A stretch of DNA of 20,000 nt from an uncultured virus (IMG/VR IMGVR_UViG_3300012956_000002) (IMGVR_UViG_3300012956_000002:55930-75929), one strand, 5' to 3'; shown: positions 1-7,873, numbered from the stretch's first letter. A program made the numbers and translations. Notes: a model not told the origin generated them from the sequence alone.

Positions 1-2
1 CC

Positions 3-413
3 GGCCATGCGTTCGTGGCTGCGCTGGATAAGCAGCATCCGAAAAAACGGGGCCACATCGTGCAACTCATGGGTAAATTCGGCCTCACCTGCCCTGCCCT
101 GGTCGAGCCGCTGGCCGGACTGTTCGACCGTCCGCCTGGACAGGAGTCGCTCGTGCTGCCGGAGGTGCTGCGCGGGTACTTGGGCGGCGTGGCGCTCAAA
201 CTGGCGACCTTAACCGACCTTGCCAATGCCAATGAGGAAGCGCGGCAGGAACACATCCGGCTGACCTTCGAGCGGCAGCAGGAAGCTACGCCATCCGTGA
301 AGGCCGAGATCGTCACCATCTATAAAGGTGATCCGCGCAAAACACTGGCCGCGCTGCGGTCGGTGCTGGGTGATGAAGTCTATAACCTGCGTGATTTGTT
401 GATGGAGGATTAA
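3..413 (+). CDS. Hypothetical protein, 5'-truncated at the window edge
   Basis: The frame of ORF 15..413 is open back to position 3. Its stop overlaps the convergent MerR-like gene. No motif recognised. Confidence 0.7.
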   Translation, partial: GHAFVAALDKQHPKKRGHIVQLMGKFGLTCPALVEPLAGLFDRPPGQESLVLPEVLRGYLGGVALKLATLTDLANANEEARQEHIRLTFERQQEATPSVKAEIVTIYKGDPRKTLAALRSVLGDEVYNLRDLLMED

Positions 414-853
414 CTGCCCTGCTTGTTTTTCAGCACGGCGTTTTCAGCAATCAGGCGCTCTAATCTGGCCTGTGTTTCACGTAGCTGCTCTTTTAACAAT
501 TCAATCTGCCCCTTGTTGGAATGGAGTTCGGCGGTCAATTCGAGGATGCGGTTCGAGAGCATCATCTCATTGCTGTCGCTGCGCGGGATGATCCCCCTAT
601 CCATTTCAGGGATGTCGCCGCGCTGGCCGTTCCGCAGTGCGGCGTAGATGTCGTCAAAGATTTTGCCTTCGGCCTTCAGGCTGACCACCAGGCTAATCAC
701 TTCAAGGTCGGGCGGCGTGAACATGCGCTGCCTACCCTGCTCTGGTCGGGCGACCGGACTCAGGAACTCGGCAAACTTCAGCGAGTATTGCCGGATCGCT
801 TCCCTGCTAACGTTAAATAAGGTTGCCGTTTGGATTGCGGTTAAGTTGGTCAT
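410..853 (-). CDS. MerR-family HTH regulator with C-terminal coiled coil
   Basis: LTAIQTATLFNVSREAIRQYS...GRQRMFTPPDLEVISLVVSLKAEG fits the MerR winged HTH, followed by a heptad-rich C-terminus. ATG 853 chosen over the track start at 874. Confidence 0.8.
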   Translation of the reverse strand: MTNLTAIQTATLFNVSREAIRQYSLKFAEFLSPVARPEQGRQRMFTPPDLEVISLVVSLKAEGKIFDDIYAALRNGQRGDIPEMDRGIIPRSDSNEMMLSNRILELTAELHSNKGQIELLKEQLRETQARLERLIAENAVLKNKQGS

Positions 854-1019
854 GCACGAGAGTGTAACACGCATTACCGCGTGGTACTACGCAGGAGCGG
901 ATGTGAAAAGACGTGAGCGAACATTTGTTGCATTGCGGACGATGTGAACATGTGGTTACACTGTTTAGCATGTTGTAACAAAAGGGCGTTGCCCTTAGGA
1001 CACATTTAGGACTATACTC

Positions 1020-1583
1020 ATGGCACAAGCAAAGCGGATCAAACGCACGCATAAATTCCAGTTGGACATCGCCAAGGAAGTCGAGGCGTGGCTAGACGAA
1101 TGGATCATTACCCTGAAGCGTAAGAAGAAATTTTCGCAGTACATCCGCGATGGACTGACGATCATGATTTATCTTGCCGAGTGGGGCATCGCTGCCGATT
1201 CGCTCATTGAAATGCTGCGCCAGATGCGTGAGGGCAGCAAAAACAAGATGCACGAGATGTTTCCGCATCTTCAGGAAGACTCAACGCCTGCGCCCGTGGC
1301 CGTTGATCCGACCCCGACCACAACCCCCGACATTGATGAACTCAAGAATACAATCCGCGACCTCACCGAGATGGTCACAGCCTTAACCCGCACCGGTGGC
1401 TACACGATGCAGTCCACCCAACCGGCAGCAGGGCAGGGCATGAAGAAAATCGCTTCCCCTAATTTTGCGCTGCCGACCTTCGAGGATGAAGATCAGGAAA
1501 CCCAACCGGCCATTATGGTCGCCAAATCAAAGAACAACGACAGCGCTCAGAATTTTGTCAGTGCGCTGCGGAGTATGCAGTAA
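1020..1583 (+). CDS. Hypothetical protein, possible N-terminal ribbon-helix-helix DNA-binding domain
   Basis: 187 aa ORF divergent from the MerR gene. HKFQLDI...FSQYIRDGL resembles an RHH pattern, followed by a Pro/Thr-rich linker. Confidence 0.65.
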   Translation: MAQAKRIKRTHKFQLDIAKEVEAWLDEWIITLKRKKKFSQYIRDGLTIMIYLAEWGIAADSLIEMLRQMREGSKNKMHEMFPHLQEDSTPAPVAVDPTPTTTPDIDELKNTIRDLTEMVTALTRTGGYTMQSTQPAAGQGMKKIASPNFALPTFEDEDQETQPAIMVAKSKNNDSAQNFVSALRSMQ

Positions 1584-1587
1584 AGCC

Positions 1588-1833
1588 ATGCCCAAACGTC
1601 ACAAAGGCTTTTACATGGATGTCGATGGGGAGCCGGTTCATATGCTGGCCGACCCGAACATGACGCCAGAGACGCAAGCCGCGTTAGAAGCCCTGGTACG
1701 GGCAGCACGGAAGATGGTCGAGGCCATGCCGGTGTATCAGTGTGCTGAATGCGGTCAGCTTCGAGCCAGTGCAGAAGACGGGGTTTGTACGCAGTGCAAA
1801 ATAGATGATTTATGGAAAGGATTAGAAGGGTAG
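1588..1833 (+). CDS. Small Zn-finger protein (CxxC...CxxC)
   Basis: ATG 1588 is 4 nt after the upstream stop; contains CAEC and CTQC motifs; 81 aa. Confidence 0.65.
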   Translation: MPKRHKGFYMDVDGEPVHMLADPNMTPETQAALEALVRAARKMVEAMPVYQCAECGQLRASAEDGVCTQCKIDDLWKGLEG

Positions 1834-2445
1834 AAGGCTCGGCTGCCGGTGGCCGGTGTGGTAGGGCAGCAGGGCGAGGATTTTAGGCGGGTAGACTGAA
1901 AAGCCCGTGCCATCGAATGAGGCGCATCCCATATTGCGGCTGTAGATAATCCGCTCCCGCGAATTAACCCGCCCGTGGTGTACCCACATCCCCCTGCGTA
2001 CAGCCTCGGCCACGATTTTGGGCACGGCAGCGCTGTACTTGAAAGCGTTATTCCCCCCGATAAAAAGCGCATCGCATTTGTCCCACGGGACCGTATCCAC
2101 CGTACAGCCATTATGGAGTGTGAAGGACACGGGGAAGCCCATGCCGTGTATGATCCGCTCCCAGACGTGGAAGCGCTTCAGCGTGCCGCTGTGGCTCTGG
2201 ATCACGTCCGGCGCATTCATGAACACACAGCCCTTTAAGCCCTTGTAGCGCACGAGCATTTCATGGATGGCGATGGGGTCATACCTGACAAAGCAGTCGT
2301 TGTCACATGCCCACGGCACGCCGATGTCGATGGCACGCTGGGGATGGTTGCCTGCGCTGGGGGAGGTGAGCAGGCCAAAAAAAGCGGTGGGTAGTTTCTG
2401 CGTGACCGCAAAAGCAAACCCACCGCCTGAGAGGAGGTTAATCAC
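1822..2445 (-). CDS. TGT/DpdA-like (guanine transglycosylase superfamily) protein
   Basis: Motifs WACDNDCF, APDVIQ, LFIGG, WVHHGRVNS and SFDGT parallel the DxGxF, PD, HxxG and SxDG motifs of phage TGT-like TIM barrels. Recognised from memory. Confidence 0.6.
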   Translation of the reverse strand: MINLLSGGGFAFAVTQKLPTAFFGLLTSPSAGNHPQRAIDIGVPWACDNDCFVRYDPIAIHEMLVRYKGLKGCVFMNAPDVIQSHSGTLKRFHVWERIIHGMGFPVSFTLHNGCTVDTVPWDKCDALFIGGNNAFKYSAAVPKIVAEAVRRGMWVHHGRVNSRERIIYSRNMGCASFDGTGFSVYPPKILALLPYHTGHRQPSLLPF

Positions 2446-2448
2446 GGC

Positions 2449-2934
2449 TTACCCGTTGATGTACCAGTGGCCGTTGATGCGGAGCCAGTCCGAATCCGGT
2501 GCGACCAGGCGGGTGGTGTCGAGCGGGGCAGGGACATGTTTGGCTGTTTTGCGGAGCAGAGCGGCATACATCCGCAGCGCCTGACAGTCCGGGGAATCCC
2601 CGATGATGACCACGCCGGACGCCTTCCGCAGCGCGTAGCGGGTGAGTCTGGCCTTGGTTTCCTGAGCCGTGCCCTTGGGCAGCACAGCCCGTTCGTAGTA
2701 TTTGCGACTGATGGCGCTGGCCGGTCGGGCATTCGTGCCAACGACCAGCAGCTTCAAGCCCCATGTCACACACGTCCGCATGGCCTCGGCCTCGATCCCC
2801 AGCCGATCCAGTACCATGATCCCGCATTGCGTGGCGACGAGCGGCAGCGTCTTCAGCACGGCCACACGGGCCGCTTCCAGATGCAACGGGATGTTATCAG
2901 AACCCCCGTAGATGAGTATCCATTTGATGTTCAT
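2449..2934 (-). CDS. Hypothetical protein, possibly a divergent SLOG (DprA/YspA-like) Rossmannoid fold
   Basis: GAGGA RBS before ATG 2934. Alternating beta/alpha pattern ILIYGG...IMVLDRLGIE...LLVVG...RYALRKASGVVIIGD. Confidence 0.5.
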   Translation of the reverse strand: MNIKWILIYGGSDNIPLHLEAARVAVLKTLPLVATQCGIMVLDRLGIEAEAMRTCVTWGLKLLVVGTNARPASAISRKYYERAVLPKGTAQETKARLTRYALRKASGVVIIGDSPDCQALRMYAALLRKTAKHVPAPLDTTRLVAPDSDWLRINGHWYING

Positions 2935-3027
2935 AGCGTCCTCATTTGCTTGTGATGTCGTCACAGTATTACATGCCTCCTAACGGCAGTAAATAAAGAA
3001 GTCGTTCATGAATGACGGTCGAACCTA

Positions 3028-3056
3028 TTGACGAATACGAAAATCCGTTCTATATT
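3028..3056 (+). promoter_or_regulatory. Sigma70-type promoter for the ncRNA/tRNA operon
   Basis: TTGACG (3028-3033), 17-bp spacer, TATATT (3051-3056). Confidence 0.75.
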
Positions 3057-3122
3057 CGATTTACCGTTGGGTTAAGGAAACGCTCCCGCACCCTCCCAAT
3101 CGTGGGGGCGTTTCACCAACAA

Positions 3123-3196
3123 GTCGGTGTAGCTCACCGGTAGAGCGCCACTAGCGAGCTAGTGGAGGAAGCACGGTTCAATTCCTGCCATCGGCA
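3123..3196 (+). tRNA. tRNA-like RNA with an aberrant anticodon arm (identity undetermined)
   Basis: Acceptor GTCGGTG/CATCGGC, TA, D arm GCTC-ACCGGTA-GAGC, anticodon arm CCACT-AGCGAGCT-AGTGG, T arm GCACGG-TTCAATT-CCTGC with one bulge. Confidence 0.65.
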
Positions 3197-3199
3197 CAA

Positions 3200-3545
3200 A
3201 AACTCATGTGTGGTCGCAAGGGGGTAAGACCCCCAACCGTAGGGCAGCCCCCAGCCGTAAGGGGAACGTTTGGCAGAGTTCGTCAAAAACTGCCTTCTTT
3301 AACAGGTGGGGCGGTTCGCGGTAGCTCATGAGGCCGGTGCGAAAGATCGCCGGAGGATGGAGCGGGATAACCTTAATGGCCTACAACCGACGCAGTAGGC
3401 CGCCTTTCCCTCGCATCGACTCAATATATTGGGCGTTTTCGCCCTTAATACGCGGTGGCAAAGCTCAAAGAAGCCGCCGCACCATTGATGGTCAGTAGCC
3501 CGTGACTTAGATCGGGGCAGTTTGCGGTCTGCGGAAAACCGCCGC
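3200..3545 (+). ncRNA. Putative structured ncRNA between two tRNA genes
   Basis: No convincing ORF. Consecutive hairpins at 3220-3234, 3272-3294, 3334-3353, 3378-3401, 3431-3444, 3452-3480, 3498-3518 and 3524-3542, with G-U pairs on the + strand. Confidence 0.5.
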
Positions 3546-3547
3546 AT

Positions 3548-3619
3548 AGCGGGGTAGAGAAACGGCATCTCGCGAGGCTCATAACTTCGAGATTGGCAGT
3601 TCGAGTCTGCCCCCCGCAA
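3548..3619 (+). tRNA. tRNA-Met(CAT), initiator-like
   Basis: Acceptor AGCGGGG/CCCCGCA with a 1:72 mismatch, D stem GAGA/TCTC (A11:U24), loop CTCATAA, T arm GGCAG-TTCGAGT-CTGCC. CCA is not encoded. Confidence 0.92.
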
Positions 3620-3684
3620 CTTCAGGATGTCGTGACGGAATGACACATAGCATCTGCCCGATGAAAACCGTCTGTCAGGGCAAT

Positions 3685-3714
3685 AAAAACACCCACTTAT
3701 AAGCGGGTGTTTTT
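3685..3714. terminator. Bidirectional intrinsic terminator
   Basis: AAAAACACCCACTTATAAGCGGGTGTTTTT lies between the convergent tRNA operon and the long minus-strand operon. Confidence 0.8.
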
Positions 3715-3723
3715 GTTTGCGGT

Positions 3724-3741
3724 TTTGACCCATGGGTCAAA
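3724..3741. promoter_or_regulatory. 18-bp perfect palindrome, candidate parS-like site (copy 1)
   Basis: TTTGACCCATGGGTCAAA, identical to 18116-18133. Confidence 0.55.
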
Positions 3742-4153
3742 TGAGGTCGTATTGATAGGGCACATCCCCGTGTAGCTCGTAGACGTAGGCCGCCATCGCC
3801 TTAAAGAACCGGTCGAGGCCGTAGCGCATGGGGTTGATGTTGAGCATTGCCCACTCGGCCAGATGCGCGATGGTTTCATCGCCTTCCTCGTAGGCCAGCA
3901 CGAGCGTAGCCCACAGGCTTTCATTCGCCGCCATGCCAATGAGGGCAATCATCAGGTACTGCCGTTCATAGCGGTCGTCCGGTTCATAAACTTTTGCAAC
4001 GAGGTTTTCGTCCAGCACCTCGCCCCAATGGGCACGCCACTGGCGCAAGTCGCTTTCGTCAAAGTCATCGCCGCAGGCCGCCATAAACTCGACGCCTTCA
4101 GCCATAGCGTGTTCAAACGCCAGCACCAGAGGATCATCTTCAAGAGCGTTCAC
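3737..4153 (-). CDS. Acidic hypothetical protein
   Basis: 138 aa; GGAGGTGA RBS before the GTG start; overlaps the end of the upstream gene. Confidence 0.75.
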   Translation of the reverse strand: MNALEDDPLVLAFEHAMAEGVEFMAACGDDFDESDLRQWRAHWGEVLDENLVAKVYEPDDRYERQYLMIALIGMAANESLWATLVLAYEEGDETIAHLAEWAMLNINPMRYGLDRFFKAMAAYVYELHGDVPYQYDLI

Positions 4154-4463
4154 CGGTCACCTCCACGTAAAGGCGTCGGCAGATGGCCTCATAAACCAGC
4201 ACACGGGCGACAAAATTGGTCATGATCCGCTCCGGCAGGATGAGAATCCCGTCCAGGCGCAGCCGCATCATCGTCATATACAGGGTCAGCCGCTCGGCAC
4301 GGGTCACAGCCGACCGGCACTTATGCAGTTTGAGTCCGACCGAGATCAGTAGAGGCAGGGCATCGCCGGAGCGCTGCATGATGTGTTTAAGCTGCTGCTC
4401 GGCTACCTGCTCAATCCCGTGCTGGTCAAATGGCTCGGCGGTTGTTAAAGTATCGTCTGTCAT
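4140..4463 (-). CDS. Hypothetical protein
   Basis: GAGGAG RBS before ATG 4463 (MTDDTL...); 107 aa. Confidence 0.7.
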   Translation of the reverse strand: MTDDTLTTAEPFDQHGIEQVAEQQLKHIMQRSGDALPLLISVGLKLHKCRSAVTRAERLTLYMTMMRLRLDGILILPERIMTNFVARVLVYEAICRRLYVEVTGERS

Positions 4464-4601
4464 AGCTGTAGCTCTCCTCATTTCTATTGGTGTCCATTTT
4501 TTGTTGCAGTTATGGCCGCCGTGTGGAAGGTCAGATTTCCACACGGCACGCCTTTTTATACCGTTTCATCACTCGTTGGGGTTGCTGTTCGTTGGCTGCA
4601 C

Positions 4602-5522
4602 CTAAAACATGGCCGTTTGTGTGGGCTTGGCTTCCAGCACCCCGCCGAAGACCACCGCAATGCCACGGGAGAGGCCGACCTTCCGCAGCACATCAAGCAG
4701 GATGTCCGCACCTTGCACACCCATCCGCAGCACCAGGCGCTGCCGCGTGATGGCACGCATGAACACATTAGGGTTCATGAGCCAGCGGGTCCGCAGCAGT
4801 TCGAGGTACTTCTTATCCCAATCCTTCACCCCGACAGCGGTCATCCATCCCTCCATCGCGAGAAGATGCCCGATCTCGTCCTTGGTGTTGATCGTGCAAT
4901 CGACCTGATCCGCATCACTCAGCGCGATATGGTCAAAGTAGACGACACACATCAGCGGGGCAGGGCCGAACCGGTGATATGCGCCTTGAAGCTGGAGCCG
5001 GTAGGCGTCTTCGGTGCGGTTGGATGGTTCGAGGTACTTCATGCCCAGCATGGTGTACAGCGCCTGCTCGGATTGGATGGCGAGCTTTGTCTCACCCTTC
5101 CACCAGAATCCCCCTTCGGCCTTGTAGGGCGAGTGGCGGTAGTTGAGGAACTGCATCAGGTACTGGTTGGCATCGCCTGGACCGGTACGCAGCATCAGGA
5201 TGTAGCCCCAATTCCATTCGTTCGCGAGGAATATCTCGCACTTCATCCCTTTGTACAGCAAGCCGCGATAGCTGCTGCCCCAGCGGGCTTTGCCGTTGGA
5301 ATAAATCGCTATTTCGGCCTCACCGGTGGACACCATTTTGTCCAGTGCTTCGAGTAAGCCGCCCTTGTTCATCGCCACGATCTCAATATCCCCGACATCC
5401 GGCTTTTCACGGCGCAAGCTGCCAGCAATCTGGATTTTGGCACAGTACGGGCTTAGCTGTTCGCACAGTGCCTGAGCAATGGGCATGGCCTCATGGTACG
5501 GTCTGCGTTCGTCACTACTCAT
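4602..5522 (-). CDS. Minimal X-family DNA polymerase (Pol beta-like palm and thumb) with an unknown C-terminal domain
   Basis: IAGSLRREKPDVGDIEIVA, LRTGPGDAN and SEQALYTMLGMKYLEPSNR are PolX motifs. No N-terminal lyase domain and no PHP domain. Confidence 0.85.
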   Translation of the reverse strand: MSSDERRPYHEAMPIAQALCEQLSPYCAKIQIAGSLRREKPDVGDIEIVAMNKGGLLEALDKMVSTGEAEIAIYSNGKARWGSSYRGLLYKGMKCEIFLANEWNWGYILMLRTGPGDANQYLMQFLNYRHSPYKAEGGFWWKGETKLAIQSEQALYTMLGMKYLEPSNRTEDAYRLQLQGAYHRFGPAPLMCVVYFDHIALSDADQVDCTINTKDEIGHLLAMEGWMTAVGVKDWDKKYLELLRTRWLMNPNVFMRAITRQRLVLRMGVQGADILLDVLRKVGLSRGIAVVFGGVLEAKPTQTAMF

Positions 5523-5800
5523 ACTCGTTTACTCCTTTTCTGCCTGATTGCAGGCGTTAGCTCTTTTTTGGAAGTCGCTAGACGGGCCGACCATTTTAAC
5601 GATGTGTACCCACGTCCCTTAATCCAGAATCCGCCCCCCTTGTTCTTGGCGTAGGACGCTTCAAAGCCTTTCATTTGCAGAGCATCGTATATCTCAAGGA
5701 TGGCAGCACTCATGGTCGAGCGATGGAAGGCTTCAAATTCTTCCGGTCGCGATTGAGCATTGAGAATACGCGGCACTTGGTTGACGTAGCTTTTAATCAT
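5519..5800 (-). CDS. Hypothetical protein
   Basis: 93 aa; overlaps both neighbours in a tightly packed operon. Confidence 0.65.
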   Translation of the reverse strand: MIKSYVNQVPRILNAQSRPEEFEAFHRSTMSAAILEIYDALQMKGFEASYAKNKGGGFWIKGRGYTSLKWSARLATSKKELTPAIRQKRSKRV

Positions 5801-6023
5801 TTGTCACGCTTTCTTTTTTTGGACGTAGATCGACACGGCCACTTGCCTTGAGCATAAAGGCGCGTTTGGGGTTGGCGTTCAGCACGCGGCTTTCTTCGCG
5901 CAGCCATTCCCCCAGCACGCCGCTACGCCGTACAAGGCGTGTGCCCCAGCTAAATACGGTTTTGCGGACGGGAATCACCTCCTCATTAATGGATACAAAA
6001 CCCTCAACCGGTACTGCTTTCAT
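5793..6023 (-). CDS. Hypothetical basic protein
   Basis: 76 aa; AAGGA RBS; operon packing. Confidence 0.65.
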   Translation of the reverse strand: MKAVPVEGFVSINEEVIPVRKTVFSWGTRLVRRSGVLGEWLREESRVLNANPKRAFMLKASGRVDLRPKKESVTND

Positions 6024-6027
6024 GACC

Positions 6028-6291
6028 TTATCCTTCGCCTAAATAGGGCAGGACGTGTTGATGCACCCCATAACCAACGCGGACGGGGGCAGGGGATTCA
6101 TTCAGGAAACAATCCACGCAGATGTGGCGGTCGCCCATCCGCATCGTGACCCAATCCCCGTCAAAGGGTTTGCCACATTCGGTACAGGCCTCATCCATCA
6201 GGGCACGGGCTTGGGGGCGCACTTTGTCGGCCTGTGCTTCCCATGCCTGCCGCTGCTGGATGAGGCTCGGTAGGTCAAATCGGTTTGCCAT
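6028..6291 (-). CDS. Small Zn-finger protein (CTEC...CVDC)
   Basis: 87 aa; AAAGGA RBS; two CxxC pairs. Confidence 0.7.
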   Translation of the reverse strand: MANRFDLPSLIQQRQAWEAQADKVRPQARALMDEACTECGKPFDGDWVTMRMGDRHICVDCFLNESPAPVRVGYGVHQHVLPYLGEG

Positions 6292-6294
6292 CAG

Positions 6295-6564
6295 CTATCC
6301 TTTCACTCGGTACTCAATCACATCGATAATTAGCCGCTCAAGGGCGGCATCACTGATTTTGGAATAGTATTCAACGACCTTCGGATAGGTCTTGGCGTGC
6401 CGCCACTGGCTGACAATATCCTCGATCCGTAAGTGGACATAGGCGCGGTTGTCTTCACACAGGTACTTACGGGATTGCTTCAGCCGCTCCCTGTCGGTGT
6501 TGTGGGCAGCGGCCACGACCAGCTTCTGACGCGGCGAGTGGGGTGAGGGTACTTTACGCGCCAC
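6295..6564 (-). CDS. Hypothetical protein
   Basis: C-terminal part of track ORF 6295..6696. GTG 6564 overlaps the end of the upstream gene; the start is uncertain. Confidence 0.6.
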   Translation of the reverse strand: MARKVPSPHSPRQKLVVAAAHNTDRERLKQSRKYLCEDNRAYVHLRIEDIVSQWRHAKTYPKVVEYYSKISDAALERLIIDVIEYRVKG

Positions 6565-7504
6565 GATCTGCCTGCCATTTCCGTACTTCCGGCTCCAACA
6601 GGTCGGGCCGTAGGTCAGACAGCCATTTGCCATCCTGAAACGACCAGCCGGACTCCATCTCCCAGCGCGTATACTGCCGGTACAGGTCGGGCGCAAATTC
6701 CGCCCCGTTCAACAGGTCATTTTCACCGGCCAACACGCACAACGCACAGGACAGCCGTTCATTGCCAAGGGCATAGGCGGGATGCGCCACAAACGAGCCG
6801 AGCAGGTTCTCGACCAGTTGCTGCTTATCCATGCCGCCCTCGCGCTTTTGCTGGATCGCTGCCTGGTACAGCCGGAGCATGTCCGTCCGGTAGCCAAGTT
6901 CCCACCACACCTGTGAGAGCGTCCAGTCATGGATCGGCAGCCAGTTCAGCACCTGCCGCTTCTTGACGTGGCAGCCTTTCCGCTCCGACAGGATGGGTAG
7001 CCGTGCGCGGTTTTTACTCTCCTCGGCACGCATTCCCATAGTCACAAGGATGCGACCGGTCGGGAAATGATTGTTCACCCAGACGTTGATAACAGCACGT
7101 TTCTCATCGCTCGTGCAGTACCGCGCAGCAGAAGAAGGCCAAAAGGGTTTGTCCGTGCCTGCGAGCTTGTGGCGGCGGCGGTCGATCAGGGCAGGCAAAT
7201 CAAGCCCATCGTTCCGGCGTACCACATGGAGCGGCACACCGGCATCGGCGCACTGCTTGGCGACCACACGGGGCGTCACACCCCACTCGGCGCGGCCAAG
7301 GTCGGCATGTACGGCGATGATCTGCCCTTTAAATGCCATCTGGCGGTGCCAGCGGGTTAAGTGCCGGAGCATGGCCTGAGAATCCTTGCCGCCCGATATG
7401 CTGACGACCAAATCCCAGCCATCGCGCAGGAGCGCACCAGGATCAAGGTCAGGGAGCGCTTGGGCACGTTCCCCTTCATCACAAAAGAGGTCTAATTGCT
7501 TCAT
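6554..7504 (-). CDS. PAPS-reductase/DndC-like family protein (PP-loop ATP pyrophosphatase with Cys motifs)
   Basis: PP-loop SISGGKDS, RYCTSDEKR, GMRAEESKNRA, WLPIHDW and HPAY...RLSCALC. Confidence 0.9.
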   Translation of the reverse strand: MKQLDLFCDEGERAQALPDLDPGALLRDGWDLVVSISGGKDSQAMLRHLTRWHRQMAFKGQIIAVHADLGRAEWGVTPRVVAKQCADAGVPLHVVRRNDGLDLPALIDRRRHKLAGTDKPFWPSSAARYCTSDEKRAVINVWVNNHFPTGRILVTMGMRAEESKNRARLPILSERKGCHVKKRQVLNWLPIHDWTLSQVWWELGYRTDMLRLYQAAIQQKREGGMDKQQLVENLLGSFVAHPAYALGNERLSCALCVLAGENDLLNGAEFAPDLYRQYTRWEMESGWSFQDGKWLSDLRPDLLEPEVRKWQADRGA

Positions 7505-7518
7505 CGTATCTATCCTTA

Positions 7519-7549
7519 GAAAAGCAAAAACCGGCTCGTAAGCCGGTTT
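7519..7549 (-). terminator. Intrinsic terminator after the RHH-like gene
   Basis: Stem AAACCGGCT/AGCCGGTTT (7528-7549), followed on the minus strand by TTGCTTTTCT. Confidence 0.7.
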
Positions 7550-7582
7550 CAGTATGTGGTTGGATATGCAGACATGGTTAGG

Positions 7583-7801
7583 TCATGACGGTGTGAGTTT
7601 GATGTCACCATCTGCGATCATCTGGATCAGCACCGAGCGGTTTTCCGCTTTAAACTTCTTCGCCAGCCGGTCCAGGGCGGCCAGACGCTTTGCACGCTCG
7701 TCATCTTTGCCAAGGTACATGGACGCATTTTGGATGCGGTTGGTACGTGGGGGTTTGACCTCATTCGGGTCACGTTCTTTCTTCCATCCCTTTGGGGGCA
7801 T
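7583..7801 (-). CDS. Small ribbon-helix-helix-like transcriptional regulator
   Basis: NASMYL (strand), RAKRLAALDRLAKKF (helix), NRSVLIQMIADG (helix). Start may be 7801 (AGGATACGA RBS like neighbouring genes), 7831 or 7846. Confidence 0.65.
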   Translation of the reverse strand: MPPKGWKKERDPNEVKPPRTNRIQNASMYLGKDDERAKRLAALDRLAKKFKAENRSVLIQMIADGDIKLTPS

Positions 7802-7844
7802 TTCTCGTATCCTAGTCTCTGTCGCTGTCACGGTTATTGCCTCC

Positions 7845-7873
7845 ATATTATCTATTATTTACTGTACAGTCAA
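7845..7873 (-). promoter_or_regulatory. Promoter with an ACTGTACAGT palindrome overlapping -35
   Basis: The minus strand reads TTGACTGTACAGTAAATAATAGATAATAT. It shares TTGACTGTACAGT with the promoters at 15695 and 16131. Confidence 0.65.

Noticed and set aside
989..1018. Promoter TTGCCC-N18-TATACT with a TTAGGAC direct repeat
   Set aside because: The -10 box ends 1 nt before ATG 1020, too close even for a leaderless transcript, so it is too weak to call.
3305..3545. tmRNA, RNase P RNA or SRP RNA
   Set aside because: No tRNA-Ala-like ends or tag ORF, no RNase P P4 signature and no SRP helix-8 motif were recognisable.
3326..3733. 135-aa minus-strand ORF
   Set aside because: It is antisense to the tRNA-Met gene and the structured RNA, and it crosses the terminator.
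6554..7504. Sulfate-assimilation cysH or a complete Dnd phosphorothioation system
   Set aside because: There is no C-terminal ECGLH motif and no cys or dndA/D/E genes in the window, so only family-level membership is supported.
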